Shown piece after piece: positions 29,295 to 38,783 of a stretch of 64,000 bases of DNA. The stretch lies in IMG/VR virus record IMGVR_UViG_2974731182_000001. One strand, given 5' to 3'. Position numbers and translations under genes: made by a program. The notes beneath the pieces are model-generated. The model did not search any database and was not told the origin of the DNA. It worked only from the letters and a program-made list of their open reading frames with translations. The stretch comes from a virus. Its lineage: Duplodnaviria > Heunggongvirae > Uroviricota > Caudoviricetes > Crassvirales. How positions within the stretch are numbered: the stretch's first letter is position 1; each line of letters opens with the position of its first letter.

Positions 29295-29317
29295 TAATAA
29301 AAAGAAATAGAATAAAT

Positions 29318-29857
29318 ATGAAGCTTAAGATAAAAGTGAAAGTATTAGTAGATGGCTGCATGCCCGAAATTAGTAAACTTGGAGACTGTATAGATTTGAA
29401 AAGTGCTATTGACATGGACATTCCTGCTCCTCAATCAGGCACTCTCAAGAAAAGAGCAGATCAAGATGGAAATGAAGTTGGATACAGGAATGTAACAATG
29501 GAAACTTACTATATACCACTTGGAGTGGCTATGAAATTACCAAAAGGATTTACAGCCAAAATACTGTCAAGAAGCAGCATACCTAGAAAGATGGGATTGT
29601 TCATTCCTAATGGTATGGGTTTCATAGATAATCTTTATAAAGGAGAAGAAGATGAATGGAACTATATTTGTTCTCCAATGAGAGAAACCTCTATTAAAAA
29701 GGGGGATAGAATCTGCCAATTTGAAATCGGACTTAGTCAACATGCTTCTACATGGCAGAAGTTAAAATGGCTATTAAGTTCTGGAATAAAATTAGTTGAG
29801 GTAGAGAATCTGGAAGGAAAACAAAGAGGAGGTCTTGGTTCCACTGGACTTAGATAA
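29318..29857 (+). CDS. dut: dUTP diphosphatase (trimeric dUTPase)
   Basis: Motif 3 'GMGFIDNLYKGEE' (GxIDxxYxG) and motif 5 'RGGLGSTG'. Confidence 0.8.
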   Translation: MKLKIKVKVLVDGCMPEISKLGDCIDLKSAIDMDIPAPQSGTLKKRADQDGNEVGYRNVTMETYYIPLGVAMKLPKGFTAKILSRSSIPRKMGLFIPNGMGFIDNLYKGEEDEWNYICSPMRETSIKKGDRICQFEIGLSQHASTWQKLKWLLSSGIKLVEVENLEGKQRGGLGSTGLR

Positions 29858-29881
29858 TAACTAAAAAAAAAATTATGAGGC

Positions 29882-30370
29882 ATGATATTAGATATAATAA
29901 TCGTGATATTAATGGTATTAGCAGTAGCTTTTATTGCTAATACCATCATGGAAGTAAGGAATAGAAACAATAGTAAAATCTCCTTTAAAGAATCTATGGA
30001 TTTAACAGAGCTACCAGTAGCAACATTTAACTGTAATAGAAAGAAATTAAATTTTCTATTGGACACAGGTAGTAATTTATCCTATATAAACAGTTCTGTT
30101 TTACCTCTTCTAGACCATGAAATCATTGATAGGGAATCTAGCGTAGTAGGATTTGAAGGAAATGAAGTTAGTACTGGCTCTTGCAAAATTACAGTAACAT
30201 ATAAAAGGAAAAAATTCGAAGAAGAGTTCAGTATGGCTGATTTAGATGCAGCATTCAAGGTGATTAAGCAAGAATCCGGTGTACAACTCCATGGAATCTT
30301 AGGAAGTAGATTCTTTGAAAAATATAAGTATGTCATTGATTTCAAAAACTTGATAGCATATATGAAATAA
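29882..30370 (+). CDS. membrane-anchored retropepsin-like aspartic protease
   Basis: N-terminal TM helix, then 'FLLDTGSNLSYI' (hydrophobic-hydrophobic-DTG[SA]), the hallmark of clan AA aspartic peptidases. Confidence 0.5.
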   Translation: MILDIIIVILMVLAVAFIANTIMEVRNRNNSKISFKESMDLTELPVATFNCNRKKLNFLLDTGSNLSYINSSVLPLLDHEIIDRESSVVGFEGNEVSTGSCKITVTYKRKKFEEEFSMADLDAAFKVIKQESGVQLHGILGSRFFEKYKYVIDFKNLIAYMK

Positions 30371-30639
30371 TGGATAACATAATAAAACTTAATTCTAGGG
30401 GAGGAATAGATAATTGTCTAAGAAAACTCAAGAATATGAGTGGAAAAGATTCCAAAACCTATGTATTAAAGCATGATTATATAAATGTGAAATCTGGGTA
30501 TGTAGAAGAGACTAAGAGATTTATTTCTCCGCCAGGAGGCCCCATGATAATAGAAGGAGAGTTCCTGAAAGAAGCTGGAGCAGTTGTTAAGTCTATTATT
30601 TATTCAATAGGGTATGGACATATTATAATATTTGAATAA
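30370..30639 (+). CDS. hypothetical protein
   Basis: 89-aa ORF. Confidence 0.4.
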   Translation: MDNIIKLNSRGGIDNCLRKLKNMSGKDSKTYVLKHDYINVKSGYVEETKRFISPPGGPMIIEGEFLKEAGAVVKSIIYSIGYGHIIIFE

Positions 30640-32603
30640 TGATATATGTAGTTACGAAAAATATAGAATTATTTGAACCTGAGAAGTACAAAATAATAGG
30701 GGTAGACGAGAGTCTATCCCTACTTAAACCTCTTAGAATTGTAGGAGTTGATACCGAGACTAGTGGATTAAGTTGTCATAAGGATAAGCTCTTGTCATTG
30801 CAATTAGGGTGCTTTGATTTTCAAGTAGTAATAGATTGTCTTACTACAGATATTACTTTATATGAAAACTATCTTGAATCTGATAGGCTTTTCTTATTTC
30901 ATAATGCCAAATTTGATCTACAGTGGCTTTATAAATACCATATAGTTCCTCGTAATGTCTATGACTTGTTTCTAGCAGAGAAACTAATGTGGTTGGGTTA
31001 CCCTACTGTATTAAGTCCGGAAGTATGGGATAAGATACAATGTCCTAGGTATGACTATGTACCAGCAGATCCTAGTAAGAAAAGTTCAAAAGCCAAGTAT
31101 GTCTTGTATATGAATCTGAAAAAGTTAGGTGAAATGTACCTTGGAATAGAACTAGATAAGTCTATAAGAGGACAAATCATCTATAAAGGCCTTACAGAAG
31201 ATGTTATAGTTTATGCTGCTAATGATGTGAAGTACCTTGAGAAGATACGAGAATTACAACTGAAACAATTAGAGAAGCAAGGACTTCTTACTGCCATGGA
31301 GTATGAAAACAAGGCTATACTTCCTATTGCTTATATGTGCTATTGTGGCATAAAGATGGACAAAGATAAATGGCAAAAGAAAATGGAGCATGATCAATCT
31401 ATTCTTAATAGTATTAAAAGTGAAATGGATAAGTGGCTTATAGAGCATGAACCTGATTCAAAATATATTAAGATAGATAGACAAGGTAACCTATTTTTAG
31501 GTTTTAATACCGAGCCCCAAGTAACTCTCAATTGGAATAGTCCTAAACAAGTTATCCCCTTATTCAAGAAATATGGAGTCGATACCACTGCTCTGGATAA
31601 AGAAGATGATGAGGATAAGGACAGTATAGGAGCTAAGGTACTAGGCCCTCAGAAGGATAAGTGCAGTCTTATTCCCTTATATATAAGGTATAAGGAAATG
31701 AAAAAGCTGTGCAGTACTTATGGAGCAAATGTACTTAAGCAGATAGACAAGGATACTGGAAGGCTATATACCAACTTTAACTCATTGGGTACTGATACAG
31801 CAAGAATAAGCTCAGGAGGTAAGGACAAGTCAGCTAAGGTTGAGTACGTAAATATGCTTAATATGCCTGCTGATGCTAGGACTAGGGCTTGTTTCATAGC
31901 TGAAAGTGGCAATAAATGGATAAGTGCTGATTACTCAGGGCAAGAATCATTTATCATGGCTGATGTAGCTGATGATAAGGAGATGATTAGAGAGCTTACC
32001 TATGGTGAGAAGGACCTACATACACTAACTGCAAAGATAGTATTTCCTGAAATTCCTAAAGATATGCCTGCCAAAGAAGTTAAGAAGCAGTATCATAAGT
32101 TGAGAAGTGAGGCTAAAGGTTATGAGTTTGCTTTTAATTACGCTGGTAATGACAACACCATTATGAGGAACTTTGGGCTTACAGCTAAAAGAGCTAAAGA
32201 GATATATGACAATTATATGAAAGGTTTTAATGGTCTTAAAAGATATATTGAGTTCAGAAAGAAGGACTGGTTCAGTAAAGGCTATATAGACCTTAATCCT
32301 AAAGTTGGATATAGAGCCTATATCTATGATTGGAACTATCTTAGGAAGCTACAAGTAAAGTTTAAGGAACCTGGGTTTTGGGATTACTATAGGGAAATGA
32401 AAATAGATGCTCCTAAATGTGATACGGTGCAGATGGTAAAAGAGTTCTTTAAGAGGAAGTCTGATTCTGATAGGCAATCCGTTAATTATCCTATACAGCA
32501 TACTGGAGCATTGTGTTATAAGGTAAGCATGATAAACTTTTTTGAATACTTAAGACGTAATGACTTATTATTCAAGGTATTGATTACTGTAACACCCTAC
32601 GAT
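30639..32603 (+). CDS. polA: DNA polymerase I family A, exon 1 (3'-5' exonuclease plus polymerase motifs A and B)
   Basis: Exo I 'VGVDTETSGL', Exo II 'FHNAKFDLQWL', Exo III 'YAANDVKYL'. Polymerase motif A 'SADYSGQESFIMAD', motif B 'RSEAKGYEFAFNYAG', pre-motif C 'RQSVNYPIQHTGA'. The track ORF runs to the TAA at 32607-32609; the exon ends at 32603 if the intron is spliced. Confidence 0.8.
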
Positions 32604-33467
32604 AAGTAATTTTGTTGTAGTAAAACAGTGTTAATTGCTTGAAACCCTTAAAGATTTAATCACTGAATTATTGTAATAATAAACTAGTAAAAGTATTAAA
32701 TATGATTTTAAGTAACTTAAGAGAAATAGGCAATAAGCAGCTTTATGATTTTACAAGAGAGCAAACTCAGGTTTTTCTTACTGCTATATTAGGGGATGGT
32801 TGCATATCTACTACTAATAGTGGTAGTACTATATATACATCCAATTGTAAGCATAAGGAATACTTAGAGTATAAAAAACAATTAATTGGTAAAGGCAAAA
32901 TAAATCATGTAGATAGCAATGGCTATAACCAAACTCCAATATATACTTATTATGGAGGAGCTTGGTCTTCACTTAAATTAATCAAGGAACTCCCTATAGA
33001 AGAAGTAGTGAGTAATCTTGATGAGTTAGGTTTAGCATTGTGGTTCTATGATGATGGGAGCCTTCATAAGAGGGACTTATATTACAACCTTAATACTCAG
33101 AAATTTTCTCTGAGTATTCAAGAAAATGTATTTATTCCTTTCTTTGAGAGTATAGGAGTAAAAGCTAAAGTAAGAGTAGATAATAATCATAGCAAACCAT
33201 TATATTATTTAGGAATAAATAAATATGAGGGAGCCTATATTATTCATTCTATATTAGCTAAATATCCTATTAATTGTTACTCTTATAAATTATGGAGTTC
33301 AGAGACTATCCAGAAATGGAGTAAGCTGCAAGAGCAGCTGAAAAGCACTGATAGAAATCTAACCAATGGGCAACTAGCCTATATGTGGAGATTTTTATAA
33401 GATATAGTCCGACCTTTAGAGAAATCTAAAGAGAATATGTGGAATCGACATATTCGTAACATATGTG
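32604..33467 (+). mobile_element. Group I intron (864 nt) interrupting polA at motif C, carrying a LAGLIDADG homing endonuclease ORF
   Basis: The 5' exon ends in U (..CTACGAT). P1: the exon CTACGAT pairs with the intron GTTGTAG (32614-32620), including the U.G wobble at the splice site. AAGATATAGTCC (33399-33410) matches the S consensus exactly. The intron ends in G (33467). Joining 32603 to 33468 is in frame and restores '..TPYD-EINCEAPEE..'. Confidence 0.6.
32702..33400 (+). CDS. LAGLIDADG homing endonuclease (double-motif, intron-encoded)
   Basis: Two LAGLIDADG-type motifs: 'FLTAILGDGCIS' and 'LALWFYDDGSL'. The ORF is free-standing with its own ATG inside the intron. Confidence 0.7.
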   Translation: MILSNLREIGNKQLYDFTREQTQVFLTAILGDGCISTTNSGSTIYTSNCKHKEYLEYKKQLIGKGKINHVDSNGYNQTPIYTYYGGAWSSLKLIKELPIEEVVSNLDELGLALWFYDDGSLHKRDLYYNLNTQKFSLSIQENVFIPFFESIGVKAKVRVDNNHSKPLYYLGINKYEGAYIIHSILAKYPINCYSYKLWSSETIQKWSKLQEQLKSTDRNLTNGQLAYMWRFL

Positions 33468-33785
33468 GAAATCAACTGTGAAGCTCCAGAAGAGATAGCG
33501 GAAGATATAGCTAAAGTACTATATGATATAATGGTTAAAGCTGGAGCATATTTTGTTCACAGGGTAAAGTTGGATGTAGACGTGTCCAGACATAAATTAT
33601 GTATAGGAGACTTTGAATTTAATGGAGAGAAGATCATGGTTAAGGGTGATATTATAGCCTCTATGGGGGAAGATGTTCTAGTAAATACCAGAACTAATCA
33701 GTCTTATAAAATAAAAGACTTACCAAAGAGCTATAGAGAATACCTCGACGACAATGGTCCTCTGCCTACTTATTGGGTACATTAA
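33468..33785 (+). CDS. polA: DNA polymerase I family A, exon 2 (C-terminal motif C region)
   Basis: 'EINCEAPEEIAEDIAKVLYDIM' aligns with Taq 'ELVLEAPKERAEAVARLAKEVME' directly after the catalytic HDE. The C-terminus '..TYWVH' matches the conserved family-A terminal W..H. The track calls it as a GTG-initiated ORF from 33465. Confidence 0.6.
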   Translation, partial: EINCEAPEEIAEDIAKVLYDIMVKAGAYFVHRVKLDVDVSRHKLCIGDFEFNGEKIMVKGDIIASMGEDVLVNTRTNQSYKIKDLPKSYREYLDDNGPLPTYWVH

Positions 33786-33821
33786 TTAAGATAGTATAGT
33801 AAAAGAAAATAAGTTAAGGAA

Positions 33822-34250
33822 ATGGTAAAAATTAATAAAGTGTATAAAGATCTTATAGATAAACTTGAAAATGTTATAAGGGCAGGAGTATCTATAGAGG
33901 CTTTAAATCCTATAAGGTCTGTAATGAATGAACTGAAAATCTTAGGGCAAAGACCAAAACTTGACAGTAGTGTAGATTCCTTTATGGACATAACTACTAA
34001 TATGGCTAAGACTTATGCAGCTAAGAATCACGATTATGGTAATTCCTTTGATTGTTCTCTTAATAAGTTTGGACTTATAGCAGGTCTAGTAAGGATGGGA
34101 GACAAGATGAATAGACTGGAGTCATTAGTTAATAAGAAGGCTATGGTTAAGAATGAGTCTATTAAAGATACCCTTCTGGATCTTGCTAATTATGCTATAA
34201 TGACTGTGATGTGGTTGAATAAAAGAGAAACTGGTAATGATTCCGTATAA
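33822..34250 (+). CDS. hypothetical protein (possibly all-alpha nucleotide pyrophosphohydrolase-like)
   Basis: 142 aa; 'KNHDYGNSF...GLVRMGDKMNRL'. The domain assignment is weak. Confidence 0.45.
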   Translation: MVKINKVYKDLIDKLENVIRAGVSIEALNPIRSVMNELKILGQRPKLDSSVDSFMDITTNMAKTYAAKNHDYGNSFDCSLNKFGLIAGLVRMGDKMNRLESLVNKKAMVKNESIKDTLLDLANYAIMTVMWLNKRETGNDSV

Positions 34251-34524
34251 AATGAAACACAAGGCTACTGGGCTTTACTATAAGCCTGGTAGACCTAATT
34301 TGTCTAAGATAGGGAAAGTCTACGGTACAGGAAATAATGGATTAAACTATATGGGAAATAATAAGTTTGTGAATATCATTAGTACTAAAGCACCTTTATC
34401 TAGAAGGCTTGAATCCTTGGGATATAAACTAAGATGGGTTGAATTTGGGACTCACTGTTGCTTTGAGATTCCTAAATCTGAATTTGAAATAGAATATCTA
34501 ACTAGTAACGAAGGAGGGAAGTAG
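34237..34524 (+). CDS. hypothetical protein
   Basis: 95-aa ORF. Confidence 0.4.
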   Translation: MIPYKMKHKATGLYYKPGRPNLSKIGKVYGTGNNGLNYMGNNKFVNIISTKAPLSRRLESLGYKLRWVEFGTHCCFEIPKSEFEIEYLTSNEGGK

Positions 34525-34938
34525 ATGGTAATAGCAGTAGATTTTGATGGAACTTATGTAACTCATGAGTTCCCTAAAATAGGTAAAGATATAGGTGCAA
34601 TACCTGTATTGAGAAAACTAGTAGAGAAAGAACATCAAATTATCTTATATACTATGAGGAGTCACTGTAGCAATAAATGTGTTACCAATGAGGGTGTTAG
34701 ACTTGTGGATACTCTTCAGGAAGCTATTGATTGGTTTCGTAAAAACGAGATTCCTCTATATGGTGTCAATGAAAATCCTACCCAACATAATTGGACTTCC
34801 TCTAAAAAGATATTTGCACATATTTATATAGATGATAGTGCTCTTGGAATACCACTAAAGCATGATGAATATAGTACATTACCCTATGTGGATTGGAATG
34901 GAGTAGAGATTTTACTAAAGATGAGAGGAATTTTGTAG
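34525..34938 (+). CDS. HAD-superfamily phosphatase-like protein
   Basis: Motif I 'IAVDFDGT' (DxDGT) at the N-terminus. Confidence 0.5.
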   Translation: MVIAVDFDGTYVTHEFPKIGKDIGAIPVLRKLVEKEHQIILYTMRSHCSNKCVTNEGVRLVDTLQEAIDWFRKNEIPLYGVNENPTQHNWTSSKKIFAHIYIDDSALGIPLKHDEYSTLPYVDWNGVEILLKMRGIL

Positions 34939-34954
34939 ATTTTAAAAAGATTCC

Positions 34955-35164
34955 ATGCAAAGAAAACAATATACAAGGAGAGAATTTATTAAAATGGTAG
35001 AGAGTAATGGCTTCTATTATGATAGATGTAATGGAAGCCATTCTATTTACATAAATAGTGAAGGGAGGCATATCAGCATCCCGAAGAACATTAAGGACGT
35101 GATTATTAGGAGGTTGATTAAGGAGAATAACCTAGATACGAACTTAAAGAAAAAGAAGAAATGA
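34955..35164 (+). CDS. hypothetical protein
   Basis: 69-aa ORF. Confidence 0.35.
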   Translation: MQRKQYTRREFIKMVESNGFYYDRCNGSHSIYINSEGRHISIPKNIKDVIIRRLIKENNLDTNLKKKKK

Positions 35165-35472
35165 CTGAAAGTGGATATTATCCAGAAGGAGTGGAACATA
35201 ATGATCATTCCCCATGGAATATAAAATCAAATTCAAGTAGGAAAATTGAGGTTGAAGCTACTATAACATTAAGTAAGATAGTACCGATATGGGTAGATGA
35301 CTATACAATAGTGGATTCAGGGGTAGATGAAGATGGGGATTACTTTGAAGACATAGACTACTCAGAATGTGATATAGAAGGAGCAGTAAGAGACCAAATT
35401 ATACTACCAGATAAAGGTAATTTAAATGAGTGGAAGGTAGATAGTCTAGAAGTAGAAATTAAGAAATGTTGA
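35161..35472 (+). CDS. hypothetical acidic protein
   Basis: 103-aa ORF. Confidence 0.4.
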   Translation: MTESGYYPEGVEHNDHSPWNIKSNSSRKIEVEATITLSKIVPIWVDDYTIVDSGVDEDGDYFEDIDYSECDIEGAVRDQIILPDKGNLNEWKVDSLEVEIKKC

Positions 35473-35487
35473 TGATATAATAAAGAA

Positions 35488-35820
35488 ATGAAAGCGAAAG
35501 TTAAAACAACAGGGGAAGTCATAGAGGTATCACAGACAGAAAATATTATCACCAAAAGAGGAGTGGAGCGTCAATATGTTGATAACAAGCGTAGTTGGTG
35601 TACATACGTGCAATCAGAACTTGAATTTATTAAAGAAGAACCATGCAAGACTATTGATTGGGAGCAACGTAGGTACGAGATAGCCAAAGATATGATGACT
35701 TCTGCTGAACAACATAACAATGACACAACAGGATTCAAAAATACAATGGCACAAGCGCAATATGCAATAGAATGTGCCGATGCCCTCATTACGGAATTGA
35801 AGAAAGAAGACAAGCAATGA
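35488..35820 (+). CDS. hypothetical protein
   Basis: 110-aa ORF. Confidence 0.4.
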   Translation: MKAKVKTTGEVIEVSQTENIITKRGVERQYVDNKRSWCTYVQSELEFIKEEPCKTIDWEQRRYEIAKDMMTSAEQHNNDTTGFKNTMAQAQYAIECADALITELKKEDKQ

Positions 35821-36098
35821 ACATACTGATAAGTTTTATAATTTTAATAATAGCGGCCAGCTTATATATTTTCATAAGAAATGAAAAAGTATTTGTTTTC
35901 AGAATGTATATAATAGATAGAGCTTATGATGAGCTACTTCGCATATCACATGAAGATATTGATAAGTATGAATCTATGCATAAAGAATGGAATAAAATTT
36001 ATGATAGACATTCCTATAACAAAATGCTTTTTAGCTTTAAGCCTTTGAAATCAGAACAATGGTTTACTGAGGAAGAAATCAAGAAATTCAATCTATAA
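35772..36098 (+). CDS. hypothetical protein with N-terminal TM helix
   Basis: 108-aa ORF. Confidence 0.4.
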   Translation: MCRCPHYGIEERRQAMNILISFIILIIAASLYIFIRNEKVFVFRMYIIDRAYDELLRISHEDIDKYESMHKEWNKIYDRHSYNKMLFSFKPLKSEQWFTEEEIKKFNL

Positions 36099-36148
36099 TA
36101 TTTCTATTTGGTATGTAAGAAATATGGAAGACTTAAAAAGAAAAGATT

Positions 36149-36784
36149 ATGAAGAAGATTATGTTTAACGATAAATTTCAGCTCACCCAAGCCGTACTTG
36201 AAGGCAGAAAGACTCAGACAAGGCGGATAATTACTCCTCAGCCGACATATAAGGATAATTGCGGAATTTGCTGGAAGGGTTATGCTTACGGTCTTAGTTT
36301 TAGTAATGAGCTGTTAGGCTGTTACATAAATTTTGTATCAGGAACTGAATATGACAAGTCGTGCAAAAGATACAGGAAAGGAGAGTGTGTTGCAGTGGCA
36401 CAGAACTATGGAGACTGTGGAAATCTTCCTGATTATGAGCTTGACGAGGAAGGGTATCCAATAATGCCTAAAAGAAGCGGATACTTCAACAAAATGTTTG
36501 TCCGTGCCGGCCTTATGCCCTACCAAATCCGCATAACCAATGTACGTGTTGAACGGTTACAAGATATTTCAGATGAAGATTGTTTGAAAGAGGGAATAAT
36601 AAAAGGCAAAGTCGGCAGTGAAGATACCCATTTTATGGACGCATATTATATTCCGACATTAAAAAAAGATCCTTTTTGCACGCCACAAGGGGCTTATTCA
36701 TACTTAATCGACAAGATAATCGGTAAAGGCACATGGGAGAGAAACCCCTATGTATTTGTGTATGATTTTGAATTGGTAAAGTGA
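36149..36784 (+). CDS. ASCH-domain protein
   Basis: N-terminal 'MFNDKFQLTQAVLEGRKTQTRRII' matches the ASCH/PUA-like signature (G-R-K-T-x-T-R-R). Confidence 0.55.
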   Translation: MKKIMFNDKFQLTQAVLEGRKTQTRRIITPQPTYKDNCGICWKGYAYGLSFSNELLGCYINFVSGTEYDKSCKRYRKGECVAVAQNYGDCGNLPDYELDEEGYPIMPKRSGYFNKMFVRAGLMPYQIRITNVRVERLQDISDEDCLKEGIIKGKVGSEDTHFMDAYYIPTLKKDPFCTPQGAYSYLIDKIIGKGTWERNPYVFVYDFELVK

Positions 36785-36788
36785 AATT

Positions 36789-37082
36789 ATGGAAGTAGAT
36801 AAAATAGAGGCATTTGATTATATGCTCCATCTTTTTGAGGAGTGGCGGGATAATCATGAAACGATTAAGGGCAAACCGTTTCCTAAACTTACAGCCATGA
36901 AACTGCTGTTTTTGGCTGCTGCTCCTAAGAAAGATGGAGGCGATGACCTTTTAGACATATTCGATAATTTCTATGCTATGCCATATGGCCCGGTAGAGAG
37001 TGATGTATATAATTACATACGACAATGCGAAATGAGGGCAATGATAGGTATATTTGTACTATTAAAGTTCTTGGAGGAATAA
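36789..37082 (+). CDS. hypothetical protein
   Basis: 97-aa ORF. Confidence 0.4.
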   Translation: MEVDKIEAFDYMLHLFEEWRDNHETIKGKPFPKLTAMKLLFLAAAPKKDGGDDLLDIFDNFYAMPYGPVESDVYNYIRQCEMRAMIGIFVLLKFLEE

Positions 37083-37085
37083 AAT

Positions 37086-37478
37086 ATGTATATTGCGAGA
37101 AATAGAGATGGAGAATTAAGCATATTTGAAGAGAAACCTGTAAAAACTGCTTATGTTTGGGTTTCAGACAAAGGTGCTTGGGATATACTTAGCGATGATT
37201 CTAAGTTCCCAGAAGTAAGATGGGAGGATGATGAGCCAAGAAAGTTAGTATTAAACTCTCTAGAAGAGAAAGAAAGCTGTGAAGATAATAGAAAACCTCT
37301 ACATTGTAATAATTGTGGAGGTACAAGTATTCTGAAGCATGCATGGGTAGATGCTAATACTTTAGAATTTGCACAGGAAGATTGGGCAAATAATGAATAC
37401 TGGTGTGAAGATTGTATGGAAATAGTGGATATTGCAGAAGAGGAGGAAACAAATGAAGGTGATAAAGATATATGCTGA
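37086..37478 (+). CDS. zinc-finger protein (CxxC..CxxC)
   Basis: 'CNNCGG...CEDC'. Confidence 0.45.
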   Translation: MYIARNRDGELSIFEEKPVKTAYVWVSDKGAWDILSDDSKFPEVRWEDDEPRKLVLNSLEEKESCEDNRKPLHCNNCGGTSILKHAWVDANTLEFAQEDWANNEYWCEDCMEIVDIAEEEETNEGDKDIC

Positions 37479-37698
37479 TTGGTGTGGGCCATGTAAAGAG
37501 TTGGAAAAGTTATTAAGAGAATGCAATATTGAGCATGAAAGTGTTAATATAGACTCTATGGATGGAGAAGGGCTTTCTCTCAAATATAACATTAAGTCAC
37601 TCCCCACACTTCTAGTTACAGATAACGAAGGTAATCTTTTAAGGAAATTGTCTGGGATGGTATCAAAAGAGAAGTTATTAAAATTTATTTATCAATAA
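37432..37698 (+). CDS. thioredoxin/NrdH-like redoxin
   Basis: Active site 'WCGPCK'. The 5' end overlaps the upstream ORF; the true start may be an internal Met. Confidence 0.65.
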   Translation: MQKRRKQMKVIKIYADWCGPCKELEKLLRECNIEHESVNIDSMDGEGLSLKYNIKSLPTLLVTDNEGNLLRKLSGMVSKEKLLKFIYQ

Positions 37699-38592
37699 TT
37701 GTTGTATATGAAATTAATTAAACCCTCATGGGAGATTTTAGAACAGGAACCTGGAATAGATGGGATATATAAAGCCATAGAAAGAGCTGGAAGGACCTGT
37801 TATAAGTCAGAAGATAAAATGACAGAGGATTCTGCTAAAGGATTTGTAGATAGAATGATTAAGTCTGGTCATGGTGCTATGTTGGAGCATGGTACTGTAT
37901 ATCTTAAAGTAGTAGGAGATGAGAGGATGTCAGAGAAATATCAAAATAATCCTTACTCTAGGGTGATTCTTAGGTATCCTAAAGGAGATATTCCTAATAT
38001 ACATTGTATTCCTACTCATTATATAACTACTAACTTTAGAGTATTGATAGAGAATGGCTGGCTTGATGACTTACAGTATATCTGTGAGCCTACAGAGTAC
38101 CATGAGAAGAGGATAACTGTACACTTTATCTGTGATAGAGGTGTATCACATGAGTTTGTAAGACATAGAGTATTCTCCTTTGCTCAAGAGAGTACCCGTT
38201 ATTGTAACTACTCTAAGGACAAGTTTGGTAATGAGCTTACCTTTATTGAACCTTGCTGGTTGGAGGATTATAACTATGAAAGTAATACCTATTATAATGG
38301 ATTCTTAGTAGCACTAAGAGCTGCCGAGGCTAACTATCTTAACTTACTAAAACAGTGGGAAGATAAGATACCTGACAAGAGGTATAAGACTGGGTTTAGG
38401 AATAATCCCTGGGCTCCTCAACAAGCAAGAGCAGTACTACCTAATGCCTTAAAGACAGAATTAGTAATGACTGGCTTTATTAACGATTGGAAACATTTCT
38501 TTGAATTAAGATGTGCTCCTAATGCTCATCCTAGTGCGAGAGAATTAGCTATTCCTTTAAGTGAAGAATTTATCAAAAGAGGACTGGTATGA
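37699..38592 (+). CDS. thyX: flavin-dependent thymidylate synthase ThyX
   Basis: ThyX signature 'RHRVFSFAQESTRY' (RHRx7S). Confidence 0.85.
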   Translation: MLYMKLIKPSWEILEQEPGIDGIYKAIERAGRTCYKSEDKMTEDSAKGFVDRMIKSGHGAMLEHGTVYLKVVGDERMSEKYQNNPYSRVILRYPKGDIPNIHCIPTHYITTNFRVLIENGWLDDLQYICEPTEYHEKRITVHFICDRGVSHEFVRHRVFSFAQESTRYCNYSKDKFGNELTFIEPCWLEDYNYESNTYYNGFLVALRAAEANYLNLLKQWEDKIPDKRYKTGFRNNPWAPQQARAVLPNALKTELVMTGFINDWKHFFELRCAPNAHPSARELAIPLSEEFIKRGLV

Positions 38593-38783
38593 TGAATATA
38601 GATAAATTAAGAGAAGCCTGGCTGCAGGATAATCCTAAAATATTCTGTTTTTCAAATATTTTTAATTTTGTTCAATTCTGTTGGGCTCACAAGTTTACTC
38701 CCTATAACTCTGCTGTCGCATATGATGCTGAAAATGATGAAATGTATTTAGTAGAAAAAGAATATGAGAACGAATTTAGCTAA
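38589..38783 (+). CDS. hypothetical protein
   Basis: 64-aa ORF. Confidence 0.35.
   Translation: MMNIDKLREAWLQDNPKIFCFSNIFNFVQFCWAHKFTPYNSAVAYDAENDEMYLVEKEYENEFS

Noticed and set aside
30639-33785. Intein interpretation of the PolA interruption
   Set aside because: The insertion is not an in-frame fusion. The upstream frame hits a TAA. The LAGLIDADG ORF has its own start. Clear RNA-level group I signatures (P1 with U.G, exact S element, terminal G) are present.
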